Source of the DNA: Sphagnum compactum
Lineage: Eukaryota
Length of the DNA stretch: 64,000 bases
NCBI GenBank assembly: GCA_965153455.1
Contig: OZ234493.1
Location: 4,588,001 to 4,652,000, forward strand
Reading direction: 5' to 3'
Shown: positions 44,791 through 56,135 of the stretch, in pieces
How positions within the stretch are numbered: position 1 is the stretch's first letter
Layout of the letters: every line of letters begins with the position of its first letter
Translations under genes and position numbers: made by a program
Notes under the pieces: generated by a model
What the model was told of the DNA's origin: nothing
The model's database searches: none
What the model saw: the letters and a program-made list of their open reading frames with translations, nothing else

Positions 44791-45998
44791 ATGGCAGGAT
44801 ACGGAGATGACTCAAGCTTTGGTCAACAGGATCAGTCTGGCGGCTATGGTGGTGGCCAGTCCGACTTCGGAGGTCAGGATCAGTCCGGTTACGGAGGCGG
44901 CCAGGATCAATCTGGTGGTGTTGGTGGTTATGGCGGTCAGGACCAATCCGGTGGTGGCTATGGAGATCAATCCGGTGGCTATGGCGGCCAAGATCAGTCC
45001 GGCTATGGAGGAGGGGCAAACCAAGACTTGTCCGGCGGTGGCGGTGGTGATCCGTATGCAGCAGACCCTTCGCAAAACCAAGATGGCTATGGAAACACCG
45101 GTGGTTATGGTTCCGACCCTACGGTAATCTACAACCTCAGTTCTCTCTTTCTCTCAGTTTGTGCTCCTTTTCCAAACTGCTTTAAAATCTAGCTATATGG
45201 TTACATCAGTTCTACGAAAACCTTTGTCGACGATTTAGAATTTAAGTTTTCATGTGGTTCGCAACGCTGATGTTGGTCGATTTTGCAAAAGCCTGCGTTG
45301 TTGTTGTTGTTGACGATTTAGCAATCACGTTTTCATGTCGTTTGCAGTGCTGTCCGGCACTAGTTTGTGAAAATGGCAGGAAACTGTTTTTAATACAGTT
45401 GTATTGCTCAGTCGGTTCTGCTCTGCAAAAACTTACGTCAATGATTTAGCAATCAAGTTTTCATGTTGTTTGCAGTGTTGCTGCTGTGCACTGCTTTAGA
45501 AATGGCAGGGAGGAGCTTTGGAAGTTGATTATTTTTTATTTTGCTTCTTTCCTCTCCGTTTTAGTCATTTCACGCGACTTAACAAATAGATGAAAGCTTG
45601 TTGTTGTGATACATTATTGTGCAGTCCGATCCTTCTCAGGTGGCCGCTGACCAAAAGGAGCAGAATTGGCACCGGGACGAGGAGATTGCAGGCGGTGTGG
45701 TAGGAGCTGCAGCTCTGGGCGCCGCTGGATATGAGACATACGAAGTAAGCAACCAACCAACCAACCACCAACATATCATTCGATTTTGTATGTGTGTGTG
45801 TGTGTGTGTTTGTCAATCGATTCTGCAAAGACCTTAGTCGACGATTTACAATTTTGTATTGACGGTTATTTTCGATCTTGTGTCTCTCGGCAGCACTTCG
45901 AGAAAAAGGATGATCAAGGACAGCCACAGTCTGCAGATGGTAGCGATCCACAGGCGGCGGCACCGGCGGAGAAACACCACAGCTTCTTCGGGCTCTAA
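44791..45998 (+). CDS. Gly/Gln/Asp-rich ASR (ABA/WDS-induced)-like protein, 3 exons, ~185 aa
   Basis: Exons 44791-45123, 45625-45744, 45894-45998 (GT-AG, phase 0). N-terminal YGGQDQSGG repeats. C-terminus WHRDEEIAGGVVGAAALGAAGYETYE|HFEKKDD...EKHHSFFGL* resembles the ASR consensus [27 protein letters not shown]...KKHHHLF. TATA-like ctataaa at 44549. Confidence 0.75.
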
Positions 45999-46304
45999 AA
46001 ATTCCTTGATCAGCAAATTTCTGGAGATCAAAACCGTGTGTGCACGTGAGAATTCCAGCTATGACGACCAACGAGAGTCCTTACCCCCGAACACTACATA
46101 CATAAAACAGCAGCAGCACCCGCATTTGTGACATCTGCTAGAAAAAGCTGAAGAAGAAGATGGCCGCAAGTAGTTTCTTGGATCTTCTTCCTACTGAGCT
46201 TGTGCAATTCCTGCAAATGTAGGCAAGATGATCGGATTACTAGGCCAAGTTTGTCCAAGAACTCTCTTTGTTTTATTGTGTATTTTGTGTAAAAACTGTT
46301 CAAA

Positions 46305-46335
<31 letters not shown>

Positions 46336-46729
46336 TCTATGTATGATCTGTAAGTAATATTCATGATAATCAAAGAGCAGGTTGGGTTCCATTCTGCTCT
46401 GTAATTGCTCCATCTTCTGCAGTCTTGGACTGACTGACGCAGTACCATTTTCTGAGCAAGAAGTCTCTTGAATTCTGTGCTTGCTTGCTTGCTGAGAGAA
46501 TCAATCTTTTTTTTGACTGGCGAAATTCAAAAGGCACTCCTATTTTTAGCTCCTTCTCTTTTGTTAAAGGAAATTCTAAGAAAATTTGAATTAAATTAAA
46601 TTAATTCGCCTATAGGCAGCCACTCAGTAAGTAGCCAGCCAGTCAATAAATGGATGCATTAAAATTTTGCATTTATTTATTTTACTGGTTTAATAGCCAT
46701 ACTTGGCTAAATCTCCCTATTGGGGGGTC

Positions 46730-47037
46730 GCCACATTTGTTGCTGCATGTTTTAATGTGATACTTGCCACTTTGGCTTCCATCACAAAACGCCACATTTG
46801 CTGCTACATGTTTTAATTGATAATTGCCACTTTGGCTTCATCACAAAAGGCCACCTTTACTGCTCTGCATATTTTAATGAATGGATAATTGCCACTTTGC
46901 CTTCATCACAAAAGGCCACATTTGCTGCTCTGCATGTTTTAATTGATAAGTGCCACTTTGGCTTCATCACAAGAGGCCACATTTAATGCTCTGCATGTTT
47001 TAATTGATGATTGCCACTTTTTGACTTCATCACAAAA
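46730..47037. repeat. ~61-bp minisatellite, 5 copies
   Basis: Units start near 46730, 46791, 46850, 46915, 46976 (gccacatttgctgct..catgttttaattgataattgccactttggcttcatcacaaaag). Confidence 0.9.
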
Positions 47038-47604
47038 TCTGGAAAAAAAAACGCTGGTGGGTATATGTCTAATATAATTTGAAGCATTTAGAGAGTTTTC
47101 CTCTAAATCCCTAGTACTAATCTAACTATAATTGTACACCTTGTTGCAATGACAATATTTTCCTATGCTTACCCTGGTGCTCTGCTATTTGGAAATATTT
47201 TGCCATACTCATTAGGAACTTTGGAGACATCACAAGAAACGTGAACACTCAAAAAAACATAAATGGAACAATGAAGAGAATAATTTTACACCCACCTTTT
47301 GGCTCCAGTCATTGCAAAATTCTTTACCAAACTCTGGCCACTCTCCATTACACATAAAGCACTCAAAGAAAATAAATTAGTGTGTTTAGAGGGCACCTTA
47401 TGTGTGTGCCTATTCCTCACCTTGTTTCCCCTCACCCTCGCATTGTGATTCGTGTATGTTTAGGAGGTTCAGGGTCCAAAAGTTCAAGGATCCCAAGGGG
47501 TTGGGAGGGACATTCTCAAAATGCAAGGTTGAACTAGTGACCACCTTGTCCTAGGCCAAGATTATTTTGGGAATGCCCATGTATGTTCAAAACAAACAAG
47601 GGAC

Positions 47605-47894
47605 GTGTCACACCGTGGCCTTGCCATTTATATTAAAAAGTATCTTAAGGCAAAAGAAGAATTACGAAAAATTCAAATATTTCAGCATGCAAAAATATAA
47701 TCTTCAAAGAATCCTATAAAGGAAACCAAAATCCTTCAAGATATATTATAACTCTATAACAAATCTCAAGTTTCAACACAAGCCAAAAATATCATGTTTC
47801 AAAAATCCTCATATAAAAATAGACCTATTATTATTACCTAGGGGCCTATAAAAATCCCTTAAGCTACTATACTCTATAATGAATCTAAACACAA
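47605..47894 (+). repeat. Second, unduplicated copy of the 28417-28945 dispersed repeat
   Basis: gtgtcaca..tggccttgccatt ... cctaggggcctataaaaatcccttaagctactat ... ctctataatgaatc.aaacacaa. Confidence 0.85.
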
Positions 47895-48098
47895 TATCCT
47901 TGCCCTTGGTAGGGCAACAAAAAATTAGCCAGGGCACCCTTCCACAACACCCATGGGACTTTCTCTGGGTGCCCTGGCTATTGGGGAAGGACAGCAGCTA
48001 TCATGGCTATTGTGACCAACACATTTAATAGTGATCCCCAAACTATGGTTTGCCCATGGATTGCGCCCAGACCCGCCCCCTCCCCCCCCCTTCAATTC

Positions 48099-48308
48099 TC
48101 AAATGGAGTCAATTACCCCACACTAATCACTAATTAAGGTCAGTTTTGTCATTAAATAATCCTAAAAATAGTGAAATGAAATTATGTGAAAATATGAGGT
48201 TGATCAAATGGAGTCAATTACCCCACACTAATCACTAATTAAGGTCAATTTTGTCATCAAATAATCCTAAAAATAGTGAAATGAAAATTTGTGAAAATAT
48301 GAGGTTGA
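48099..48308. repeat. 105-bp tandem duplication
   Basis: tcaaatggagtcaattaccccacactaatc...gaaaatatgaggttga starts at 48099 and again at 48204. Confidence 0.92.
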
Positions 48309-49789
48309 TATGTTGAAAATCATCATAATTATCATAAGCTACACTCTGAATAATTTCATTACTCATATCACAATATTATAGTAGATGAAGGAAAAAAAAT
48401 GTAATTTCAAATTTTCAAAAAAAACGTTTAAAAAAATTAAAATTATTCATTTTTTTGTCAACATGGAAACTGACCCTAGGCTACGGTAATGCCTTCTATT
48501 CTTAGAAATTTCAGTAACACCTATAATAATCTGGCAGTCAGCCAGGGCATATATACCCATATGACTCAACATGATAATCTAACCAGCTTTGCAAACTTGC
48601 TAAAAAAGAAAGAATAGGATGGAATAAAAAAGGATCCACTGATGCCCCCATCCAATTGGAAACCCATCATGACTCGGTTGTGGATAAACCACAACCGAGT
48701 AACCAAGGAACCAAGGTAGTTCCACCGTGGGAACATATCTTGTAGACTCTCCTACTACTTTCGCCTCGCACTACTTAGGTGATTACCTCCGTAAGTAAGA
48801 AAATCATGGGTTAATAGTTTGGTATTGTAAGCAGTTATTAGGTATGTGTGTAGGTAAGTAGGTTAAAGTAAGTGTCATTCATTATGTATAGTGAACCTTC
48901 TTTATAATTGCACCTATTTTAGTCACATTCTTGTTTGTGTCACTTAAATCATTTCTTTTTCGGTAACCATTCATTTAGTAAGAAACATCATTTTTTTATT
49001 TTTTAGAGTCATTATTAAACTCATTAGTAACACAAAATATTTGTAAAGCTTTTTTTCAAAATGTGATTATAATGAGAGAAATTTAAGGCAAATATTAGGG
49101 TTTTGTAAATTGTAGTTTCTTTAGCAACGTTCGTGTTGCTTTGTGTTCAAGTTATGCAAACTAAGAACGACGAATCCAGTTGAAGAAAAAATTAAAAAAA
49201 AACTTTTTCTAATGCAAACAAGCAAAAGATATGTGAACTTGTCCCAAAAAAAAAACATTTTAATTTAAAAAATTCTAATTATTAACAGACAGACACAAGC
49301 TAATAATTAAACAGCTCAAATTTAATTTAAATCGTTACATTAAAACAAGTAGAAATCACAATCTTTTTCAAATCTAATAATGCATAGTAAAATTTAAAAT
49401 AACCCATATGTAAAAAATTTAAACAACTAACACCTTTATTCTAGCATAAAAAGGTTATTTTGTAAGAATTTTTTTTTGTGCCTATAGTCACAATCTTGTA
49501 AGGGTTTACATGGAATGTAACTATACATATTTAAAACACAATTTGTTAGTGTCACAACCAAAAAAATGGTTATCAAGGCGTGATTATAAAAGGGGTTTAC
49601 TGTGCGTAAGTAAGTGGGTAAGGCACATGGGGATGCTTTGTACATAACTAGCATCGTGGTTAACTACATGACAGGAATACAATGAAAAGTGTTTCATGTT
49701 CACATACCATCCATCCTGCTTGGTGTGTTAGCTCATTGAATCATGCTCACACCAAGTGCAAGCCTAAAATCTGAAGGGTAGGCAACCTT

Positions 49790-50155
49790 GTCAGAATCTT
49801 TGTATTGTTTGAAAGTCCTCAACAAGTTGGTTTCATAATGTTTAGAAGTTTCCAACTACAATGGAAAAGTAATTGAATATTGAAACAACTTTTTAATTGA
49901 AAATTCCTTTAAATTAAAACAAACAATTGTGCAGGAATTTGGGTGCACTCTCGCCGGCATTTTGGGAAAGCCTTTAGTGAATAGGATTTAATAAGATGAT
50001 TTGGAAGTTTTTAGACCTAACGTGCAAGAGATATTGAATTTTGAGTTGTTTTTTTGTAGTTGGAAATACAATTAAATTACAAAACATGATTTTGAAAGGA
50101 AAACTTAGTTGGGTAACCAATTCACACTTGGGCCAATGACACAAGCTACACTAGT
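49790..50155 (+). repeat. Dispersed repeat family, copy 3, ending CTAG-T (Helitron-like 3' end)
   Basis: Homologous to 150-380 and to 27388-27815 (reverse complement). Terminates gggccaatgacacaagctacaCTAGt at 50151-50155. 5' end not defined. Confidence 0.5.
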
Positions 50156-53100
50156 ATATATTTAAATACATATTGTGCCCCAAACCATATTTTTAAAGTG
50201 CAATTGGGATTGAGGGACTTATTAGCTTATGGCCTTTTGAAAGATTACTAAATTTTTGCCATGAATTAGAAGGATTAGTCTAATTTTTTCTTTTTCAGTT
50301 GTCGATTGGTTAGTTTGAAATAGGAAATGCCAAAAGTGTGCTTCAATACCATTTAGTATTGGCACAATGATCAGCTGCCCGACATGAAAGGCGGGAAACA
50401 ACGCTGTATTGAAAATCATAGCAAGGAAGTTGTTCTTCTATGGTATTATATGTAGATTCACCTAAAACTTGTCCCATGGTGAAAACCACCATTGGCATGT
50501 TCCTTGGTTTGTACCCTAAACCCTAAACCAGACCCTTTGAATTGGGCTTGAAGACTCTTGAATTTGAAAATACTTTGTCAAAACTATAACCACATGGCTT
50601 AAAAATTAGAAGAATTGAGCTCAAAACCATGCCCAAATGACTTACCAAAATTGTTTAAAATGTCAAAACTAAAAGCAAAGGTTGTTTACACAAGAAAAAA
50701 CCAATCAACACTGGCAAAAACCAATTTTGTCCAATTTTTGGTATTAAACAAAACCTTAAGTTCCAACCCTTTCAAAATTTTATTTTTGGAAGGAACCTTA
50801 CTTTCAATTTGAACTATTTTTCAAAAAAGTCGATGGAACCTCTAGCTCCATTTTGAAATGAGTTCTTTAATGATCCCATAGCTACATAGGTTAGCTATGT
50901 ATTAACTATTCAAATGCATTTTACCTACCTAATATTATAGGTACCTTTACCATTTTGACATCTTCTTGGCAACTTCTTTTTTTTCATTGTAGGTCTAAAC
51001 TAGTGTTGTTTGGTTCCTAGTTTCTAACTAGGCTTGGATTCAAGTTCAGGCCAAGTTCTAAGAACTAGGCCTAATAGGTCTACATTGGACAAGCCTTGTC
51101 ACAAGACCTTGATAAAACCATTGGATAATTTGGGTTTCTTCGAATTTCTTTAAGAAAACTTATGTAAACATTATAGAAAGTATTGGAAGTTCAAGTTTCT
51201 TAACAAAACACATTTGCAAAGTTTTTGTAGATTACACTTAATTGCAAACTCAGTGAAACAACCTTCAACAAGGGTTAAAGACCCTAAAATCAATCATGGG
51301 AAAAAAAAAGTTATAATTTTATCATAATCAAATTTCTTTACTTTGTAGATACAACTGAAAGAAGGGATAGGGGGCGAAAGGAGGCCTTTAAGTCAGGGTG
51401 AAGACAGGGTGGTGACTTTATGGATAACTCTAATACACCAAAAAGTATGCATATCTTTTAACTTAGTGTGAGTGAACTATGTGTACACATGTGTTGAGAA
51501 AGGATCATTTCCTGCACTTTCATGATGTAACCCAAGTGGCAAGCATTCCATAACAAGATGACACCAAAAATGGCCATCATCAATAACAACTCACTCATCC
51601 TTCTATTTTTGGGACCAATTATTGAAGAAATGACGAATATATATAATCTAAATCCCCAGAATCTGGCCATAAAAAGAAGCCCAAAATCAGAGACTTTTGG
51701 CACTTTTTCTTCTTTTCTAAAATTTGCCCCCAAAACAAAAGAAAAAAGGATCCACAGCTCCCACCATGTTGATAAGGCAAGATTGTACATACTTGTGCAT
51801 TTACCATTCTTCCAATCTACTAGCCTCACTTTCACAACAATCATTTCCATGTCAAATTGTGCACTGGTGATCGATCAATTGCTGAGCTTTTTCAATTGTG
51901 AAGATTTGACACTGCCCTTATAAAGCACATTCACATCATCACACACATTGTTGTTTTAAAAATGTGTGCGAGTCACAAGCTTCTATGCTACTAGTCTTTT
52001 GTACATATGAATCATCCTCCAATTGTCATTGATGTTGTTGGATTAGCAAACCACAGTTATTGTACTCAGATATAGTTTATCCCCATGGTACAGGTTCATC
52101 CACAATAAAATCCAGAGCCAGATGAGTGTGCTATTGAAGGGTACTGTGATTTTTTTTTTGTTCATTCAACTCAACAGAAAACTGAACACTGCTATTCCAA
52201 ATCATTTGGAAAATGCTGGTGGGCTCAAGGAATGTAGGCTAGGCATGATTTCTTTAAGTTGGCTGTAGTTTGTTCAGTGTTTTGCCATTTCCCTCATAAT
52301 AAGTTGCCTACAGTAAGTAGTGTTCCAAGATTGAAACCACAAACTAGATCCAGGATCAAGTCGGGTTTGTGTTTTTCAATTGCCCATATTTTGGGGCATG
52401 TTTTCTTGATTTATTATAGCTGCAATCTTCACCTTCCCATTGAAAGAAGCATTGTTATCAAATGAACACGCATCTGACCTAGATCGGTGTACTTCCTGCT
52501 GGCATGCAGCTTAGGCAATTTGCCCCTGGACTTAGTGATGCCTAGGATCTTTCTTTTACTTGTCTTTAGTTCTTTATGACAAAATCTTGAACTTCAGGGC
52601 TTCAGGTTTCTTCCACATTATGCTCACTGTTTACCTTGATGTAATCAACTCTCAGGTATGTTCAACACCATAGCCTAGGTTGAAGGAATGTTTTCAAATA
52701 GATGTAGGTTTAGAGCATCATGTTTGGATCCCTTTAGAGTCCTCTCTTCATGGTTGCTGCAACCTGCAGAAATTCTACACAATCAAGTCATAACCAAGTC
52801 ATAAACAATTCGAGTCATCACCAAGTCACAACCCAGTATAACGGGTTTGCAATGGGTGGAGCACTGCTGGGTGTGTGGGTGGTCACATAATCCATGCAAA
52901 TGGCTGAAGTACATCTCCTTCAACTTACAATGTGTACAAGATGTTGATAAAGATTTAGTCTGGTTGCTTAAGTTCAAGCACATTACCAGCATTGTGCAGT
53001 GTACAACTCAGTGGGGGGAGGCATGGAGGCCTGGGCCTTGCTGCTCACGGTTGTCATTTATTGAGCCCTTGCTTACATTGGTCTGCAATGGATGAAGACT

Positions 53101-54489
53101 GGAGTGAGCATAACTTGTTTTTTGCCACTTCCAGAGATGTATTATATCCCAAAGTAGCAACACCCAAGTATCTCCAAATCTAGCAGTGTGTATTGAACTT
53201 CAGCAACATCTTATTGTGTCTCATGTATCCTTTTGGGCACTTGCGGTGAGAACTACTGCCATGTTTTTTGCCTTTGTGTCATGGGGACAGTAGTATGTCT
53301 GTCCATGATGCAAACTTTGCATCAAACATGTAACTGCCAAATGACCCATCAACAGACGTCTCAGCAGTAGTTTGACATGACAACAAACAATTTCAGGAAC
53401 AAAGCACATCAACCCACAGTTCAATGAAATGGCTAGAGTACCATGGAACTAATTGACAAATCATACTGCTCATAAATATACAACAAGCGAAATTATGTTA
53501 TGTTAGCTCCCAATGCAACCAATTTGACATGTCTGTTAAGCTGGATATGTAGTTACAAACACATTACCATGTCATATCTACCATAGTCCTCAGTTATAGC
53601 AATCAACCTTAAATCCCTGATCTAGCTCAAATGTTGATAAGCTTAGTCCTTGATGTTCTTTGGCCCCTACGTCACTTGCAGTGCACCAAGTTTGTCATAA
53701 ATTGCTCAACAGTTGTTGCCAACTAAACATTAAAAAATGGATTTTATTAGAGAGCAAATAGTGTAGCATTGCAGATTCTGAATTCAAAGACAAGATGACA
53801 ACATGCACATGCAAAGCACACATGGCAATCTCCCACCTCCCCCCGTGCCCCCCACCTCTCCTCTTCTGTTAAGCTACAACACTCTTCCCACCCTTTTGAA
53901 GTTTCCTGCCTGCAGCTTATCACACAGAACCAAAAGGACAGGACACATAAATTTGCATTTTACAAAAGCAGAACTCATGTCATGCTAGAGTACTCCAAAC
54001 AAGCTCCTTGCAGTTATGTGGCACTCTCCAACAGAGATATCTACCATAGTCCTCAGTTCATCAATCATTTTATCACTAAAAATTGTCTTCTCCTGAAGGC
54101 ATCATGACCCAAAATGCAGAGACAAATGAGACACAGTTGACAAGCAGCAAGTCCAGTTGATTCCAGTTGGGTGATTAAGAAACCAGAATGCAAAAGACAT
54201 GAATTTCAGGGAACAAAACTGAGCTTCTGCTTCTCGATGCAAGTGATCATCCTGTGGTGTGAGGTGTTGAGCATCTTCCAGTGGTGCCACCATGATCACC
54301 ATTGCTCATAAAATGGGTCTGCTACCTGGCATCACAACATACGGAGGAAATTTGAGAATACTCAATGCACACCCTGAGATAGTGAGAACATTAATTGTGG
54401 TTGTGAGATGAGCAGGAAGTTCAGATAGTCCTCTCCAAAATGTGAATGTCTAACATACTTAGATGGGTAAACACAGCAAGTGGCATCAA

Positions 54490-55440
54490 CCACCCTACCA
54501 ACATCAATCTATTTGATCAGGATATGTTCCGACCAGACCATGTCAACAAGACAAACCTGTTTAATAGCCCACCCATTGCAAATTGTCCTGTTCTCTCTCC
54601 ACCTGCATGGAGTACAAGTCTAGACTCACAAACTTCCAGTTGCTTGATGTCCATAGACAGGCATTCAATTCCAACGCGAACAATTTCCCATTGATAATGC
54701 TGCATATATTGGTTCAGCTCACAATAAATTAAGCTCTAAGACTAGATTAATGACAAGCCAGTAGGTTGCCCACCTATATATGCAGTCACATGGAGTAGAG
54801 AAAAGCCTCTCTTCCACATGTGCCTGTGGTAAGATGATCTCCAGGCATTCCCTTTGCCTAATTTCACCCTTGCCCCACAGCTGGAAATATTGGAGAGAAT
54901 ACTGCGCCATGTCTACCTTGAGGTTACAAACCCTTTGCTGACCAATGCCACCAGCAATGTGAATTCTTTCCCCAGTTTCATCCACTTGCAGATCCAAGAG
55001 CCACACTTGCTTCTGGCCAGCTAGGTCATAAATCACATCCTTCTTGTTCAAGAGCTCATAGTCCAGGCCTTGATTACCAAACCCCCCTTGGTGACATGTC
55101 CACATTTGAGCATTCAAACCCCATGCGATGTCAGCAGCAGGAGCTATTACGAACCTTCATTGGGCAGCAATGCCACAATAATGACCGTGCTCTGCTGCTA
55201 ACAACCTAGGTTCAATAACATTTGTACCACACCTCTGCCCCTGTCACAACACAAGCAATCTGCTGCCTGGATATGCCATTTGGACCACAAAATCGCCAGG
55301 GCTCTCCATCCGAACAGCCATTGCAACCAGCATGGAAGCATCAGGGCTCATTGAACTAGATGCTACTATCGACGTGACCTGTGGCACCCCTGCAAAACCT
55401 GAAGGTGACCTGCAATTGCTTGGCCAATCATCATTCAAAA
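54490..55440 (-). pseudogene. Decayed F-box/kelch-repeat gene
   Basis: Frame-hopping fragments L.DD...FAGVP...AV..WRAL (F-box-like), DVIYD, RIHIAGGIG, VDMAQYS, IINGKLFALE, FAMGGL...GRNI (kelch-like). Several stops and frameshifts. Confidence 0.45.
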
Positions 55441-55539
55441 TAGATGTGTATATACTCCATTGTTAGTGCCTGGGCTAGAGCTTTCCACCACTGAAAAAAG
55501 CTGGTTAAAGAGGCATTTGCTAAGATGAACCAGCCGTAC

Positions 55540-56135
55540 TGTCCTACGAGAACATGAGAACTGGCCTCTGCCCTTGCAAGCAAGACAAGAAGTGAACTCT
55601 CTTGGTTGTGAGGAAAGATTGTTAACAAAATAGCTCAATTACTTAACCATGTCCTTTGCACTTAAGGCACAGCATTCACAAGTCCAAAGACCTGCAGTTG
55701 CCCACCAAGCAAAACTCTCCAAGCCTCAGAGCACAAAACTCCAGTCATCTCAGCAAGAAAAAAAATTAACAGATGAAGAAGAGGATAGCAATGTAACCAC
55801 TGAGTATCTGTGGTTCCTCTTGTACATCTTTCCAAAATTTTGAAGACTCTTAAGCATCAAGTGCGAATGGCTAACTGGGCACAACTTCACCTTGCAAGCT
55901 GTAATGGATTCAAATCACCACTAGCATCCTTTCTTCAAAGCAAATCAAAAACTTGCAAGGTGTAAAGAGACAGATGAGAGAGAAAAAGAGAGAGAGAGAT
56001 TTGGAGGCTAAATATACTGAACCTGCATTGGGAGTGCACAACAAAGGAGTTGACTTTGGGAGCAGCCAAAGCAGCAATCAGGAGCAGAGCACTGACACTG
56101 AAGCCTGCAATCTCAGCAGCTCTAATGTTGGCCAT
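55540..56135 (-). pseudogene. Pseudogene of a small DnaJ-type Cys-rich Zn-finger protein with an N-terminal hydrophobic segment
   Basis: Exon 1 (56135-56023) encodes MANIRAAEIAGFSVSALLLIAALAAPKVNSFVVHSQC; intron GT..ctgcAG. Exon 2 from 55691 reads RSLDL*MLCLKCKGHG* (TGA at 55678-55676), then, frameshifted, SCLACKGRGQFSC (CxxCxGxG motifs). Confidence 0.65.

Noticed and set aside
50513-50529. Interstitial telomeric repeat (ccctaaa x2) and scattered telo-boxes
   Set aside because: Too short to distinguish from the common background motif.
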